NCBI GenBank assembly: GCA_964016885.1 | Contig: OZ024753.1 | Span: forward strand, 248,001-312,000 | Length of the DNA stretch: 64,000 nt | Origin: Eledone cirrhosa | Lineage: Eukaryota | Direction of reading: 5' to 3' | In this document: piece after piece, positions 13,389 through 27,076 of the stretch | How positions within the stretch are numbered: position 1 is the first letter of the stretch | Layout: each line of letters starts with the position of its first letter | Translations under genes and position numbers: made by a program | Notes under the pieces: generated by a model | Told to the model about the DNA's origin: nothing | Seen by the model: the letters and a program-made list of their open reading frames with translations, nothing else | Database searches by the model: none

Positions 13389-13832
13389 TTAATGTAAAAA
13401 GTACCAATTGCATTCTTGTGTTGGTAAGCATTAGTGGGTTGTAGAATTGCTGAAAGGATATGCATATAGGTCTACTTTCCCGCAAACATAATGGTTTCTA
13501 ATTTAGGCATATGGCCAATAATTTGTGGGGAAGGGGAAAGTTGATAACATCAACTCCAGTACATGACTGGTACTTTATCTTATTGACCCCCACTCTGCTC
13601 CCCAAGGACGAAAGGCAATATCGACTTCAGCAAGATTTGAACTCAGAATGTAAAAAGCTGGAACAAATATTGTAATGACAGGTTATCTGATACTCTATCA
13701 ATCCTACCAAAATAATAGTTGCATTAAAACCACTACAATTATAAAAGAGAAAGGGGTTCTTGTGGGCCCTTACACCTTGGGCAAAAACAAAATTAAAGAA
13801 ATAAAGGAAAGCAAAAAATAATTTTTTAAATG

Positions 13833-13838
13833 TTTATT
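13833..13838 (-). terminator. Candidate polyadenylation signal of ODC (3'UTR about 1.85 kb)
   Basis: AATAAA followed by a U-rich tract; 13840-15685 is largely repeat-free, as expected of a UTR. Confidence 0.35.
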
Positions 13839-15685
13839 TCTTCAAGGATACACATATTTCAACCGCACCTAACCCAAATAGTTGCTGCAGTGATAGTGTG
13901 TGTTCCATGATGAAATTTTGACCAGTAGGTGTCTGGACAGCAGGTGTTCCCAAAGTTTGTATATTCACCAATCTAATCCCCTCTGACCACCACCTTACAC
14001 ATTATTTCACTAATCAAAATGCAATAAATAAAAATATAAAAATAAAAATAAAAAAAAACAGAGAAAGAGAATTTTTTAATTAAGTTTCTGAGAAGATGGA
14101 AACTTGCACACTGAGAGAAAGATATGAAGATTAATAAATAAATAGTTAGAAAGACTTATTGCAACAAGAAAGTTCCAATATTCCAATAAGAAAGAAAAGC
14201 TATGTAACTAGTTAACAGCTGACAGTTTAGCAAGGCAAAAAAGGGTCAGGGAGATATTAACTGTAGCATGGTAGAAATTATGGTTAGGTTAAAGTGCTCA
14301 TATAATTTAGAGTAAAATTTTCAAGTATAAATAAAATCTGTCTGAGCACTAACAACTTCAAGTTTACCCATAGAAGATTAGCAAGAATAGCTTCTTTCAG
14401 AATTCTCCCACTCATTTGAAAATAAAATAAGCATAAAAAGGTTCAAATGAAGTCAATTTATAAAGGCTTGCAGTATTGAATTTTCTAGAATAACATTTAT
14501 AGAAAACTGACCCCGAAATATTAATGTTCTTGATCCAACTTTATAAGAAATTGGATTGAGTGTTAATGTTCAAGAAAACAACCAGTCAAATGTTAAATGA
14601 GGTAAATTTTGACTGAGCTGACTGGTTTCAAGCTGTATTTGAGACTAAGATAAAATATTTCTAGCATTGAGTAGTGAATGGAACATGGATATCCAATAAA
14701 GATTAAAAGAAAAAAAAAATAATATCAGGATTTTAAATTCCTTCTCAGTTTATCTCAGCTAGAGTTTTGTGCCCTGAAGGAGTAAATTTATTATAATAAA
14801 GTACCAGTATATAGTATAAGCTGTTGACTAGGTAATATGGCCACCACACAACACATTCTGTCATTTAATAAGTAAAATGTATGAAGAATAGATTTCAAAA
14901 TTAGAAACAAAAGATAATGGTTCTAGACTGTCCATCAAATTGAAATTTAATACAGATGTTAGAAATTAATATTATTAAGGAATCAGAGAAAGAGAAAGTG
15001 ATATATATATATTGCGGAGAGGGAGGGGGGGGGGATATTAAGTTCAACAATGTAGTATTAAACAGTTGAAAGATAAAAAGATGGTTTAGGGATTTAAAAT
15101 TATAAGTTAAATATCTAATTTAAGCTAGCTGTTAAAAAACAAAAACTGAAAGTACTATCAAAGCTTACTTCAGTTCTTCCTAGGGATAAAAATTCCAGCA
15201 TGGAGAAAATATCTAATTGGTAAAGAGAAAGATATTTAGTGTTTGTGATGGCAAAATATTGTTGGTGTAATATTCATAAACTATGCCATAAAAGAAAACA
15301 AAGGAGAAATGTCTAGAAGCTGTTTAGATTAAATAAAATGTTAGTGTGCAAGTTGGTCCTAAAGTCTTCCGACAAAATTGTTCTCTCTGTTTAATTACAG
15401 GAGTATTAAATTAAATTAAATTAAAAGAAAATGGTTAAAAAGATAAAATAGAAACAAAATATTAAATTGTTCGAAACTAAAATATTTAGTGAAGTGATTT
15501 AAATATACTAAGTTACCTCTCTTGTGACCGACTACTTTGAGGCTGAAACAGGAGGCGGCTAGAGAGCCATTAAAACAAGGAAAATACAGCGAAAAATAAT
15601 AGAATTAATTTGTAAGTGATTCTAACTATTAACGTCTGCACATGAAGTGTCCAATGAAGTTGTAGGAGGTAATCAGAGGTCAAGT

Positions 15686-15794
15686 TTAGATATTTGAAAT
15701 CTCTAATGATGCTAAATCATCCTCAAAATTAGCGCCTTCAAGGACACGACAAATTTTTCCGTCACAGTTCTGCTCTTTCCAATCGAATCTGCTC
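15686..15794 (-). CDS. ODC1: ODC terminal coding exon: (W)[35 protein letters not shown]
   Basis: Strong acceptor tttttgctttgattgtag; correct phase (TG|G = Trp); gives a normal ODC length of about 460 aa. Confidence 0.8.
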
Positions 15795-18712
15795 CTACAA
15801 TCAAAGCAAAAAGAATAATAAATAGATGAAGAAATCTTTCAACGAAACACCCCTTACACAAACAATGGTTATGTTATTTAATAGGTACACAATTTCAAAT
15901 TATTATGTTTATATAAAATAAATATCTGAACTCATAGACGTTGGTATTCCAATCATTATCATCATTATTTAACACCCTTTATTCCTGCTAGCAAGGGATC
16001 AATGGGGCTACTTACCTCTCAGAGAGATTGGAGAGTTGCATCTCACTTATGTATGATTGTTGCCTTTGACACTGCTGAACAGTTTACCAGACCCTTTGTT
16101 TGACAGGTTTTCTATGACTGAATGCCCTTCCGAACTCCAGCTGCTTTCCAGAGTGTATTGCATGCATTTATATAGATCGCCAACACTAGGGAGGTTGTCA
16201 TGTCTTTGCAAACAGACCCTCAATCCACTCTCCAGTGTCAACAATGCAACATCTCCAAATTTTCAACTACTAAAACTCAATGTACAATAGGTGAGTTTTC
16301 CAGACTAAAAGCTTTTACTAAAATAATAAATTTTTTTATAGCTTTCATATAATGCTTGCTACACCAGCTCAAAACTTAATTTTTAAAAAATTCAGATTAT
16401 TTAAAGTGACCTGATCGATTTATTGCTAGGATAAATTTGGCCTTATTAAACTGTCAGTAATACTGTCATCATCATCATCACCGTTTTACGTCCATTCTTC
16501 CATGCTAACATGGGTTAGACGGGTTGTCCTGTTGTGGGCAGTGTCTGGTCGGCTGACCTTGTCTTGTTCATACAGGAACTGATTCTGGCTTGATTCCTAC
16601 AGCTGGATGCCCTTCCTAACACCAACCTCATTTAGCCAATACAATCAAGTACAGGTTTGTCTCCTTGTGCATGTCAAAATTCATTTATAAGAACTTGTTG
16701 CAGGTGAACTAACTGACTGCCAAATGCTGCTATAATACCATTAAGGTATTAACGATTATAATATCAACTATTTTCCCTCCTCACGCAACAAAAGTCTTCA
16801 TAAAAGTGTTTAGCTAGAAATGATGTCCTTACCAAATCTCTCGATCGCAGTAATAGTAATGTATTGGTTCAGGCATACCATTGAACTGAGAAGACACACA
16901 GAAGGTGTATGCTCCCATATTGTCAAAGTAAAGCCATTCACCAACTTTCATAGCTGGAAGCTGACAATCTGACAGGATACAATCCAAGCCATCACATGTA
17001 GGGCCCCAGACACTAGAGCTGTACAACATATCAACATCAGACAGGTCCTGAAAGATAGAATTTGCAGTATTAGATAAACATTCAACTGATAATGTTGAGA
17101 ATTGAAGTCAATGAAATCAAACAATGTGATAAACAAAAAGGAAAAGCAAGCTTAGATATGTTGGTTACATAAATAAATATTGAATAAATGAAATATATTT
17201 CCTCAAAATAATACTGGAGCAGTGACATAAGGGAATACTTCTGAAGAACAATAAAGCTATATCATTTCTAAGAAGCTGAATGAAAACCTGAACGTAAGTA
17301 GCTAATGTAATGATTCGCAGGTTTCAAGGTATTCCTATTGCAGCCACAGAGAAACTTGAGATCTAGATGTAAGCATAGATCAATCATTAAAGCAGAAGAC
17401 CCAAAATATGTATAACATTACTGGTAGTAAAAAATTATTAAAACCACCAGACCTAGTCAATAAGTTTATCTACATTCAGATACGAGAAATGAATATTTAC
17501 AGGAGCAGATAAGAAAGCCATGAAATGCTAATTGCCAAAATGACTGAGTTGAAGTATAACTACATAAATGCTCCCTCCTTCACCCACCCAAACAAATAAA
17601 TGAAATTATTAGTGGTGTATCCTATGCTCTATACATCTAGTAATAGGTTGACTGTTCCTGTAGATGTTTACACATTGAAACAATGTAACTGCCTAATAAC
17701 AACGCTGACCTTGGGAACCTTACATAGTTGCTTGACCTGCTTCAAATCTCCTTCAAATTACACCCTATTGTCTTGAAAAGGGTAAGGGACATTGGATAAT
17801 GTCGAACTAGATAAGCAATGCTTGAGAGGATGGGATGATCATGAATGGAGTACCCTTCACTTGGAGTCAGACAGCAACTGATTTTTTTAAAAAGTAGATT
17901 TGGAATAGATTACTTAATATACAATCTTCTGTGGATATACAGCATTTCTTAATTGCTGCTAGGAATTTCTACCTTCTGCCAGTAGAAGATAAGTAGCCAT
18001 GGACAGAAATAAAAGGAGAGTCTTAGATGAACCTTTTAAAAAATTCATTAATAATGTTAGTATGGGAGATTGAATTTACAAGGATATGAAGTAAAAAGCT
18101 AAGATTCTCACAACTTTCTAATCTAGAAAGGTCAGTCTAAGTTCTTCATGACATAAGTGATTAATTAGAATATTAATTGCCTCATTACTACATACAGCCA
18201 GTGTGAATTGAAATTGCTGGCCATTAGTTCAAATTTTACAACAGCAAGTATGTTTTCTTAGGCAACATATCAGTCAATATAAATAAAACACCAAGACCAC
18301 TTTTCATTTCATAGTAATATAGTAGTGGTTGGTAGGACATCCAGTTGTAAAAATGTGCTCTAATAATATGAATTTGAAAACAAGTATGGAAAAGTGAATG
18401 CAAAACCATTAAAGTAGTTAAATAAATTTAGCCTGCAAACATCATGTTTTAATTGAATAAAGCTCCATGTTCTCAGGTCAACAGCATTTTAAGGGAGGAG
18501 AAAGAAAAAGGAAGGCGGAAAGAAGGAACAAACAAACATTTAATAAATTCAAGAAGAAATATATCGAACAAATTTAAATATTAAGAAATTATGTATATAT
18601 ATATATATTCATTTTACGTCCGCTTTTTCCCTGCTTGCAAGGGTGGGGCGGGAACTGATTTTGGCTAGATTTCTACAGCTGGATGCCCTTCCTAACACCA
18701 ACCTCATTTACA

Positions 18713-18765
<53 letters not shown>

Positions 18766-21700
18766 GGGAGGGTGTTTTACAAAGCAAATGGAAACCAAAA
18801 TGGAAAGCTCACCTTATCCTTGTTCCATGATGAAAAAAACCTGAGAAAAAGCAAGTAACTTGCTTCAGAAATGCAAACGAACCTAAAGAGCTGACTCATC
18901 ACACATGAATTTATTATAATTACCATTGCAATAATGGTTGTATTAGCAGCTCTGTTATAATATACTTAAACACCAAAATATTTTACTGTTAGTAACACTG
19001 TAAAGTTGTTGACATTCGCATAACAACCTCTAGGTGTCATGATAAATTGTATTTAGTACAGTCTTAAAGTGGTTGGTGCTGGAAGGATATCCAGCCATAG
19101 AAAACAGACAGTAAGATGTCACATCTCAGTCTGTAAGAACCAGTTCAACCCATGTTATAAAATGGTGATGTAGATTATGATGAACTCTCATCAAGGTTGG
19201 ATGTTGCCATAGCAACTTTAATTTCCACTTAAAACTTCCTTTGTTAATTTAATGGTATTACACTTTCAATATTAACCCTTTAGCATTCAAACCAGCCGTA
19301 TCTGGCCAGAATTCCCTCACCTCTTTCTGTTCATACTGATGTTAAGGTATTGTCATCAAAATAATTAATATCAAAATCTCATAGGTTCGATATATGAGGT
19401 AAAGCCTTTACCGTGAAATATAATAGCAAATATAGAGTAATGTAACTAAAATAGCCTTGTCTGATGTAAGCTTTTAGTGTGCATGAACTTTGTATATAAA
19501 CCAAATTGGTGAAAACAGCAGACATGTTTCCATCTTATTAGATCTCATATTCACTTTGCAGGTTGGAGTGACAAGGTTCACTCTCACTGTATTGTCATAT
19601 ATACATGTATATATGTTTCTGCCTGTGCATTTTCACATCAACACCATTTAAGTGGTCACATTTGTTTGTATCCTGCATCTTAGTCTTTTGGTGAAGATAA
19701 TGGAAAATATGTACCATACTTAAAAACTAAAATATAGGTTGGCACATGATGATATTAGAGAGAGAGGGGTATTTACCTGGATTACACTCGGAAACACTTT
19801 GGCGTGGTCCAGCAAGATACAGTTGAAGGAGCCATAAACACCATCATTGACATAATACATGTAATGGGGTTCGTCATTTGCATCCGGCTCCCTGTCTACA
19901 CCTTCAACAAAACAAACAAGTAGAATTCTTTTTAAGTCACGAACTTCTTTAGCAAAAGAAAAAAGAAGCAACAATGGATGAGTAAAGAAGGAGTGAAATG
20001 AAAAGATCGACAAACTCATTGCTCAAATTCACTGAGATAATCCAGTATATTATTGGGTTAATTCTAAACTATTTTCTTCTAAATTAAATTGCAAATATAT
20101 ATATATAATCTATACAACATTAATATCACATTAAAAATTTGAGACAATATTGGCTATCTAGATGGTGGAGTAAAAAAAAAGCTACTCTAGTCAATCAGTT
20201 TATTATTATACAACTGCCTAATGACACAATACATTTGCTGTTGTTAAGTTTAAATATTGGGTTAGTAATCTATTAAACATACCTTCAAGAGACTCAGGCT
20301 GATATAACTTTTTTTTTTTTTTACTCACTACATATGTTATCCCCCACTGAAGTATATATCCTTCATATAGAAGGCATCCATGGGAAATATTTCCTCCCAT
20401 GTCATGAGATAAAGATTGTTCTGAGTTTAGTAAAAGGGTTTCCCTAGTCTAGCGATGGTGTCATGGTGAACAGACCTGGTCTGTGCCGTTGTCAGGATAA
20501 ATAGATCTAATCTGTACTGTACTGACAGTTGATGATGGAAAGGGCACTCAGCAGCAAATTCCCCTGTGGACACATTCAGCCCACACCTGCATGGAAAAAT
20601 AAATGCAAAACTTATGATGATGAACAAAATAGCAAACTGATGACATTGATTTGAAGATGTTCAGCTAGAGAGTATAGCAATGTTACAACAATAAGTAGTG
20701 GCATGGCAGAAGCGACACACACAAAACAACATGTTCAGTTTTTAATTTACACTTTTAAAAATCACAGGATCACAGGTAAGCTAACTAAGAACACAGATTT
20801 TACATGTGGCCGGTGCTCTGGTGCAATAAGTAGCAGCAAGTGCCCACAAAATACTAGCTCTTTCAATTGCGCAGAGGGTTCTATAGAAATAGTGGACAGC
20901 TTCCGTTACCTGGGTGACAAAATCAGCAGTGGGGGAGGGTGCTCTGAAAGTACAGTAGCTAGAGTCAGAACTGGATGGAAAAAGTTCAGAGAGCTTATAC
21001 TACTATTAGCCGCTAAAGGGTTCTCGCTAAAAATGAAAGGCAGGTTGTATGATGCCTGCATACAAACAGCAATGTTGCATGGCAGTGAGACCTGGGCATT
21101 GTGTGCAGAAGATATACGCAGACTAGAGAGGAACGAAGCTTGCATGCTCCGCTGGATGTGTAATAGTAATATACGTGAACGGCAAAGCATAAACGAACTA
21201 AGGAAAAAATTAGAAATAAGAGGGATCAGATGTTGTTTACTCAAGAGAAGGCTACGTTGGTATGGTCACATGATGCGCATGAAAGACGACAGCTGTATAG
21301 CAAAGTGCAGGGCAATAAAGATAGATGGTAGCCACGGAGTAGGCAGACCCAGAAAAACCTGGGACGAGCTGATAAATTCCGATCTCACACACTTACACCT
21401 CTCCAAGACAATGTCACTGGACCGAGACCTTTGGCGGTACTCAGTAATAGAGAAGACCCGCCTTACCTAAATACAAAGTAAAACCTACTACAGTCAGTAG
21501 GCATCTCTAACAAAATAACCCCCCCCCCCCCCTTCAATGTAAAGTTATGTTGGTGCCACAACATCCAGGCCGAAACAAATGAGATTGTGTAGGTGTCACG
21601 ACAAAAAAACACACAGTCCACGCTGTAATGTGGCCGTGTAGGCAACACGGTAAAAACCTCCCAGCCCCACACTGTAAATGTGGTTGGTGTTAGGAAGGGC

Positions 21701-24700
21701 ATCCAGCTGTAGAAAACCCGCCAGACAGTCCTATGCGAGCAAGACAACCACTCTTGCCTCAAGTGGGAAAACTCCCGTCCAAACCCATGCAAGCGTGGAA
21801 CATGGACGTTAAACGATGATGATGATGATGATGAACCCTTTAGCATTTAAACTGGTTGCTCGTACTGATGTTAAAGTATTGTTCTCAAAATCTCATAGAT
21901 TCCATAAAGCATTTACTGCGAAAAGAGTAATGTAAATGCTAAAGGGTTAAAAAATACATAACATGATAATTTCTTAAATCACAATTTTAAGTTAAAAAAA
22001 TACTAAAATTGATAAACATACTTTATGGTTATTAAAAATTTGAAGTTTATTGTCTAAACTTGTATAATTGCAGACACCCTGTATAATGATAGAATGATAT
22101 ATCATTGTACTGACACATGAAAGGCTAGACAATAGACTGGATAGTCTAGTTTTCAATGAAAGACTACAGCCCAAGTTGTCGTTAGTACACCTATTCAGGT
22201 GTTATATAAAATATCAATGTTAATTAAAATATTCAGAGAGAGTCTTAATGAAACTTCCATGCTTTATGTATATCAATTTTAGTAAATAAAAAGTTATTTC
22301 CTCTCCTTTTAAAATTTACTCATTTAACCCTTTAGCATTCACATTGAATTGTCAAATGTCATGTTCATCTATTCGCATTATTTTCACTTAATTATACTCA
22401 AGAGGGTTATCAATTTTATTTGTTTGTAATTACTTTAATTTTCTATGTGCAGACTTGAAGTTTTGTCAGTAGATATTTAAATAACTATAATTTACAATTA
22501 TATATTTTTACCTGATTTTTTTTTGTTAAATTTGATTTTTATGGGCAGGTGAAATTAATTAACAGGTGTAAAAGTAATAACTTTATGGATAAACACAAAA
22601 ATTTAAACTTTATCTGCCTTATGGGCATGGATTCATTGAAGCTCCAACGCCTGGCAACTGACTTGGTAAACACCCACAAAATTGCTAACCATGTTGCCAA
22701 CAACAACCCTGAGTACCTTTTTGATTTCCATATGTCTAACACACGTGGACATGCCCACAAAGTAAGAAAACAGCACAGTTCCGTGACTTTCGGAAACATT
22801 TTTTCACGCTCAGAGTTGCTGAAGCATGGAACAAACTACCTGCATCAGTTGTTAGCTGTCGAGACACTGCATCCTTTAAGGCCTCCATGCTTCCCGAGAT
22901 CCGCCAACACTACAGCTAACACATACACACATGTACTTCCCTGACATTTGTGTATTATTCTATGTACTATATTGACGAGTTGTAGTGCACCTGAGCACTT
23001 TACACAATAATTTCATTATCATTATCTGTTAGATTTGTTGCAAAAAAATCCAATAATGATCTAGATGCTGATTTCCATCAATTCTAGCAGTTTTCCTAAT
23101 AGGTGAATTAATTAAAAATGCAGGTGTAATCAGTACAAGGTTTTAGTCTTTCTCTACATTCCAGGCAAATATTTTCATTGAAAAAAATGTATAAAACCTT
23201 TTCACCAGTCAAAATAATATTGGCAATGCACTCTGTAAATGTACGGTGTAAAATTACGTAACAGAAAGTTCCCAATATATAAGTTTATACACACTTTTAA
23301 ATTTTTCTGACATTTCAGTTAATGGTCATGTACAGTGGGTCGTAATTTGATTCATTTCTACCAGGGGCATTTGAAGTATCAACCAGGTGCAAATACTGGT
23401 TTAATTTGATGAATCTCGTTTTTGCCATAATACTAGATATATAAGGGTCACCAAACCTTATATCAGTACTCCAATAATTCCACAGTCGTGGAAATTGTTT
23501 AATACCAAACAATATTTATGGTAAAAAACGCTTTCATTTCGGCAGAATCTGTCGGACGCCATAACAGATCAGGTTTTCCGATATTAGAAATTTGTTGTTG
23601 TGCATAGCGATTTGCCACAACTTCGAAGAAAGTTTGTGGTAAAAATAAAAAATAATAATCCAGTGCTTTAGCATCGGGTGGTAATGTGTGTTGTGGTCCA
23701 ATATTTTCAGTAAAATCCGAAACATGTATCGATGTTTCTTTCAACCACGTTGGTGTTTTTTCAATGGTGTCAGTCAAATCTTCTCTTTCACTTTCAAAGT
23801 GACTATCAGATATATCAGAAATAAATATCTGATTCGTTTGAAGATAAATCACTGATATTATCTTCTGTTTCTTTCTGATCTCGAATGTCGTCGGACGTAA
23901 AACCTTCAAATTCGTTGTCGCTACTTTTAGAAGCCATGTTACACTTTCAACGTTAAAAACACGTGTTTTCGCAAGTTCTTTAACTATACTAAGAGTTAAT
24001 TTTCGTGTGTAAGGGCTTTATCTCGCAGTAATCTCGTATTGACGAGATTTCGATGATGTCAATGTTTATATTTAGAAGGAGATCTTCGTGTGTTATTAAA
24101 TGTCGGTTTTTGTCGGTTTGAATAAATGAAAGGGGACATAATCTTGTCGGTTTGAATGCTAAAGGGTTAATAATGGAAATGTGCCAAAACTTAATTTGTG
24201 TTATTATTTGAACTTGTTATAACATACCATGATTGAATGTAGAACTTGTAAAAACACACAAACTAAAATGAAAAAAAAAAAAAAAAAAGTAGATGTTGAT
24301 TCTTACCAATCGCATTCTCATCTCTGCCGGTTACCCTCATAGCTATGATGTTCACACCAAGGGTATATGCTGAAGATACAAAGTATCGGCCTGGTTCAGC
24401 TATAATATCTACCCCACATGATGTGGGGAAGTACATATCCAGTGACTCATTAATAACTTCAGCAATCTAGAAAAGAGGGATTGAATGTGGTTTATCTTAC
24501 TATTAATAAAAGAAACTGGACATAAATACAAATAGTTTGATGTCTTTAACGCTTTAGCATTTAAACCGGCTGTAACTGGCCACTCATACCAATGTTAAGG
24601 TATTGTTCTCAAAATAAATATCAATCTCATAGCTTTGATATTATGTGAGATAAAGCCTTTACTATGAAAATGCAATAGTAAATATAAAGTAATGTTTTAT

Positions 24701-27045
24701 TGGCTACTCTTGTAACATTACAAACAAAACAACAAAAACAATTCCAGCGTAGCCTCAGCCTGCCAACTGGAACATGCAGTAGAGTAACAACACAGTGATC
24801 AACTAATATCTATTTTGGACTGTGTTAGTTTTGAAGTTTCTATTACTAAAATGCAAGGCATTAAATATGTAGTAAAGAAGTTTGCAACTACATGGTTTCA
24901 GATTCAAACCACACAATGCAAAACCATGGGCAAGCATATTGTATCATAGCCCTGGTTAACCAATTTGGTACAGAGAAACTCTAGATACGTGCAAGAAAGG
25001 CTATTCTTGTTCTTGAATGGTAGATTTAATCTGTTGTTCAGTTTGACACCGTGAACTTGTGAACTTTTAATACAATCCACTCCATTGCAAGCATTTGGAC
25101 TAAGTCTCCTGTCTGAAGATAACATCCTTCCACCAAATTTTGAGGCCCCAAGACCCCTTCCTTCCTTGAAAAGTCATTAAAAACAAATTACAACAAAGAG
25201 GTTGACCATACAAACTTACCTCATCAAAGGTTATTTCCGGAATTTCATGTCCAGGAAAGCCTCCTCCTATATCTAAGAGTGAGAAATTAAAGCCAAATGT
25301 CTCTGCAATGTCAAAGACATGACGTGCATCTCGGATAGCAACTTCATAGGCTGCTGCTTCTTGACATCCGCTGCCAACATGGAAGCTAGAACCAAAATAA
25401 ATATGGATGATTATTATTACATTTCTAGTAGAAAATAAACACAACATGTTGATTGTACAGGGAAATCAGATGGGTTTAAAATGGCATGAATTAGACTGAG
25501 AGGAAGGGGTCACATGCTCTGTGGAGTTGAGTAACATACACAACACCAGTGGAATATGTGATATTGTGGAGTAATGAGACATTATTATTATTATTTAAAT
25601 ATGAATGGGTAATTGAAAGCAGTATTAGGCAGGTTGATAATGGGAGAATTAAACCATTTATTCTTACTGTTACATTTATCAAAGCCAGATGTCTTTAAAA
25701 ACATGCTAATTTACACTTAATTATGTTAGATAAGCCAGAAGAATTCATACATACCTGACGCCGACAACTTCTAAATCAAGGTCTTTTGCTCTCTTCAGTA
25801 GAGATGGTACTGTTTTCAGCAGGCAGCCAAACTTGAGGCTTAGTTCACACTGCACCTTATAGTCACTTGGAGGAAGGATCCTAATAACCAATCTAAGAAA
25901 GAATGACAAAAGAACACAACAAGGTTATGCCATTTTCTTATGTAATTTTTCTGTTTCATTAGATTAGTCACCATCTCTTTATAGACAGGATTAAAATGCT
26001 GTTAAAGTGTGTGTATACATGTTTTTAGGACACACTGTATATTTCCTGAAATTTAGAAAACATTTCTTGTATAGTGAAACCCTAGTTTTAAAAGAGTTAC
26101 ACACAAAAAAGCACAAAGTCCACCCTTTAAGGTGGTCGTGCTGGTACCACAAAAAAAAAAACATCCCATCTGCCTTGTATTGTGACTCTTATGTGCCATG
26201 ACATAAAGCACCTAGTCCAGCCTGTAAAGTGGTAGTGGGGTGCCACAAAAAAAAAAGCTCCCAGTACATGCTGTAATGTGGTTGGCATTAGAAAGGGCAT
26301 CTAGACAAAACCCAAGCCCAAAACAGATCTGTATGACCAAGACAATAACATGATGACTATGATGATTACATACTTCTGATATTAGTACCAATCTCCTATC
26401 ATCACCACTAAGTTAATATTTTCCATGTTAGCATGAGTTAGACAAACATATGTAATGATACAACTAGTTCTAGAAACCAACTTCGGAGAACTGTGGCATT
26501 AGTCAAAAGTAGCTTACAGGTTGTTTTTCAAAGTTGAAGTCTCATAAAATCAGTTCAAAATAACTGCCTTTAGCATTTAAACTGGCTGTATCCAACCAGA
26601 ATTCTCTCACATCTTTCTGTTCAAACCAACCACACGTACTGGTGTTAAGGTATTGTTCTCATCATAAATAATATCAAAATCTCAGATTTGATATTATGTG
26701 AGATAAATCCTTTACCATGAAAATACAATAGTAAATATAAAGTAATGGAAATGCTAAAGGGTTAAGATATTGAACACCTCCAACTGTTGTACTGTTAAAA
26801 ACTGAAAAATATAAACAAAATGGTATAAAGGATACTTACTTGGCATCAGGGTAGAGTTCTTTAATCTTGAACAGTTCTGTTTCATTGTCAAATGTCATCA
26901 AAGAGACATTGTTCTTTGCAGCATATCTTATGAAGGATCTCTGCTTGCATGGATTGGCATAAATAATGTTGTCACTAGATACACCAAGTTTCAAGATTTT
27001 GGAAATTTCAGTCTGTTAAAAAAAAAAAAAAAAGTAAATATTTAC

Positions 27046-27076
<31 letters not shown>

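Noticed and set aside
20470-20600. Poison exon candidate (tttttccatgcag|GT GTG GGC TGA) between coding exons 7 and 8
   Set aside because: The acceptor looks like a decayed SINE tail, the donor is weak (GTCTGT), and exons 7 and 8 join cleanly without it.
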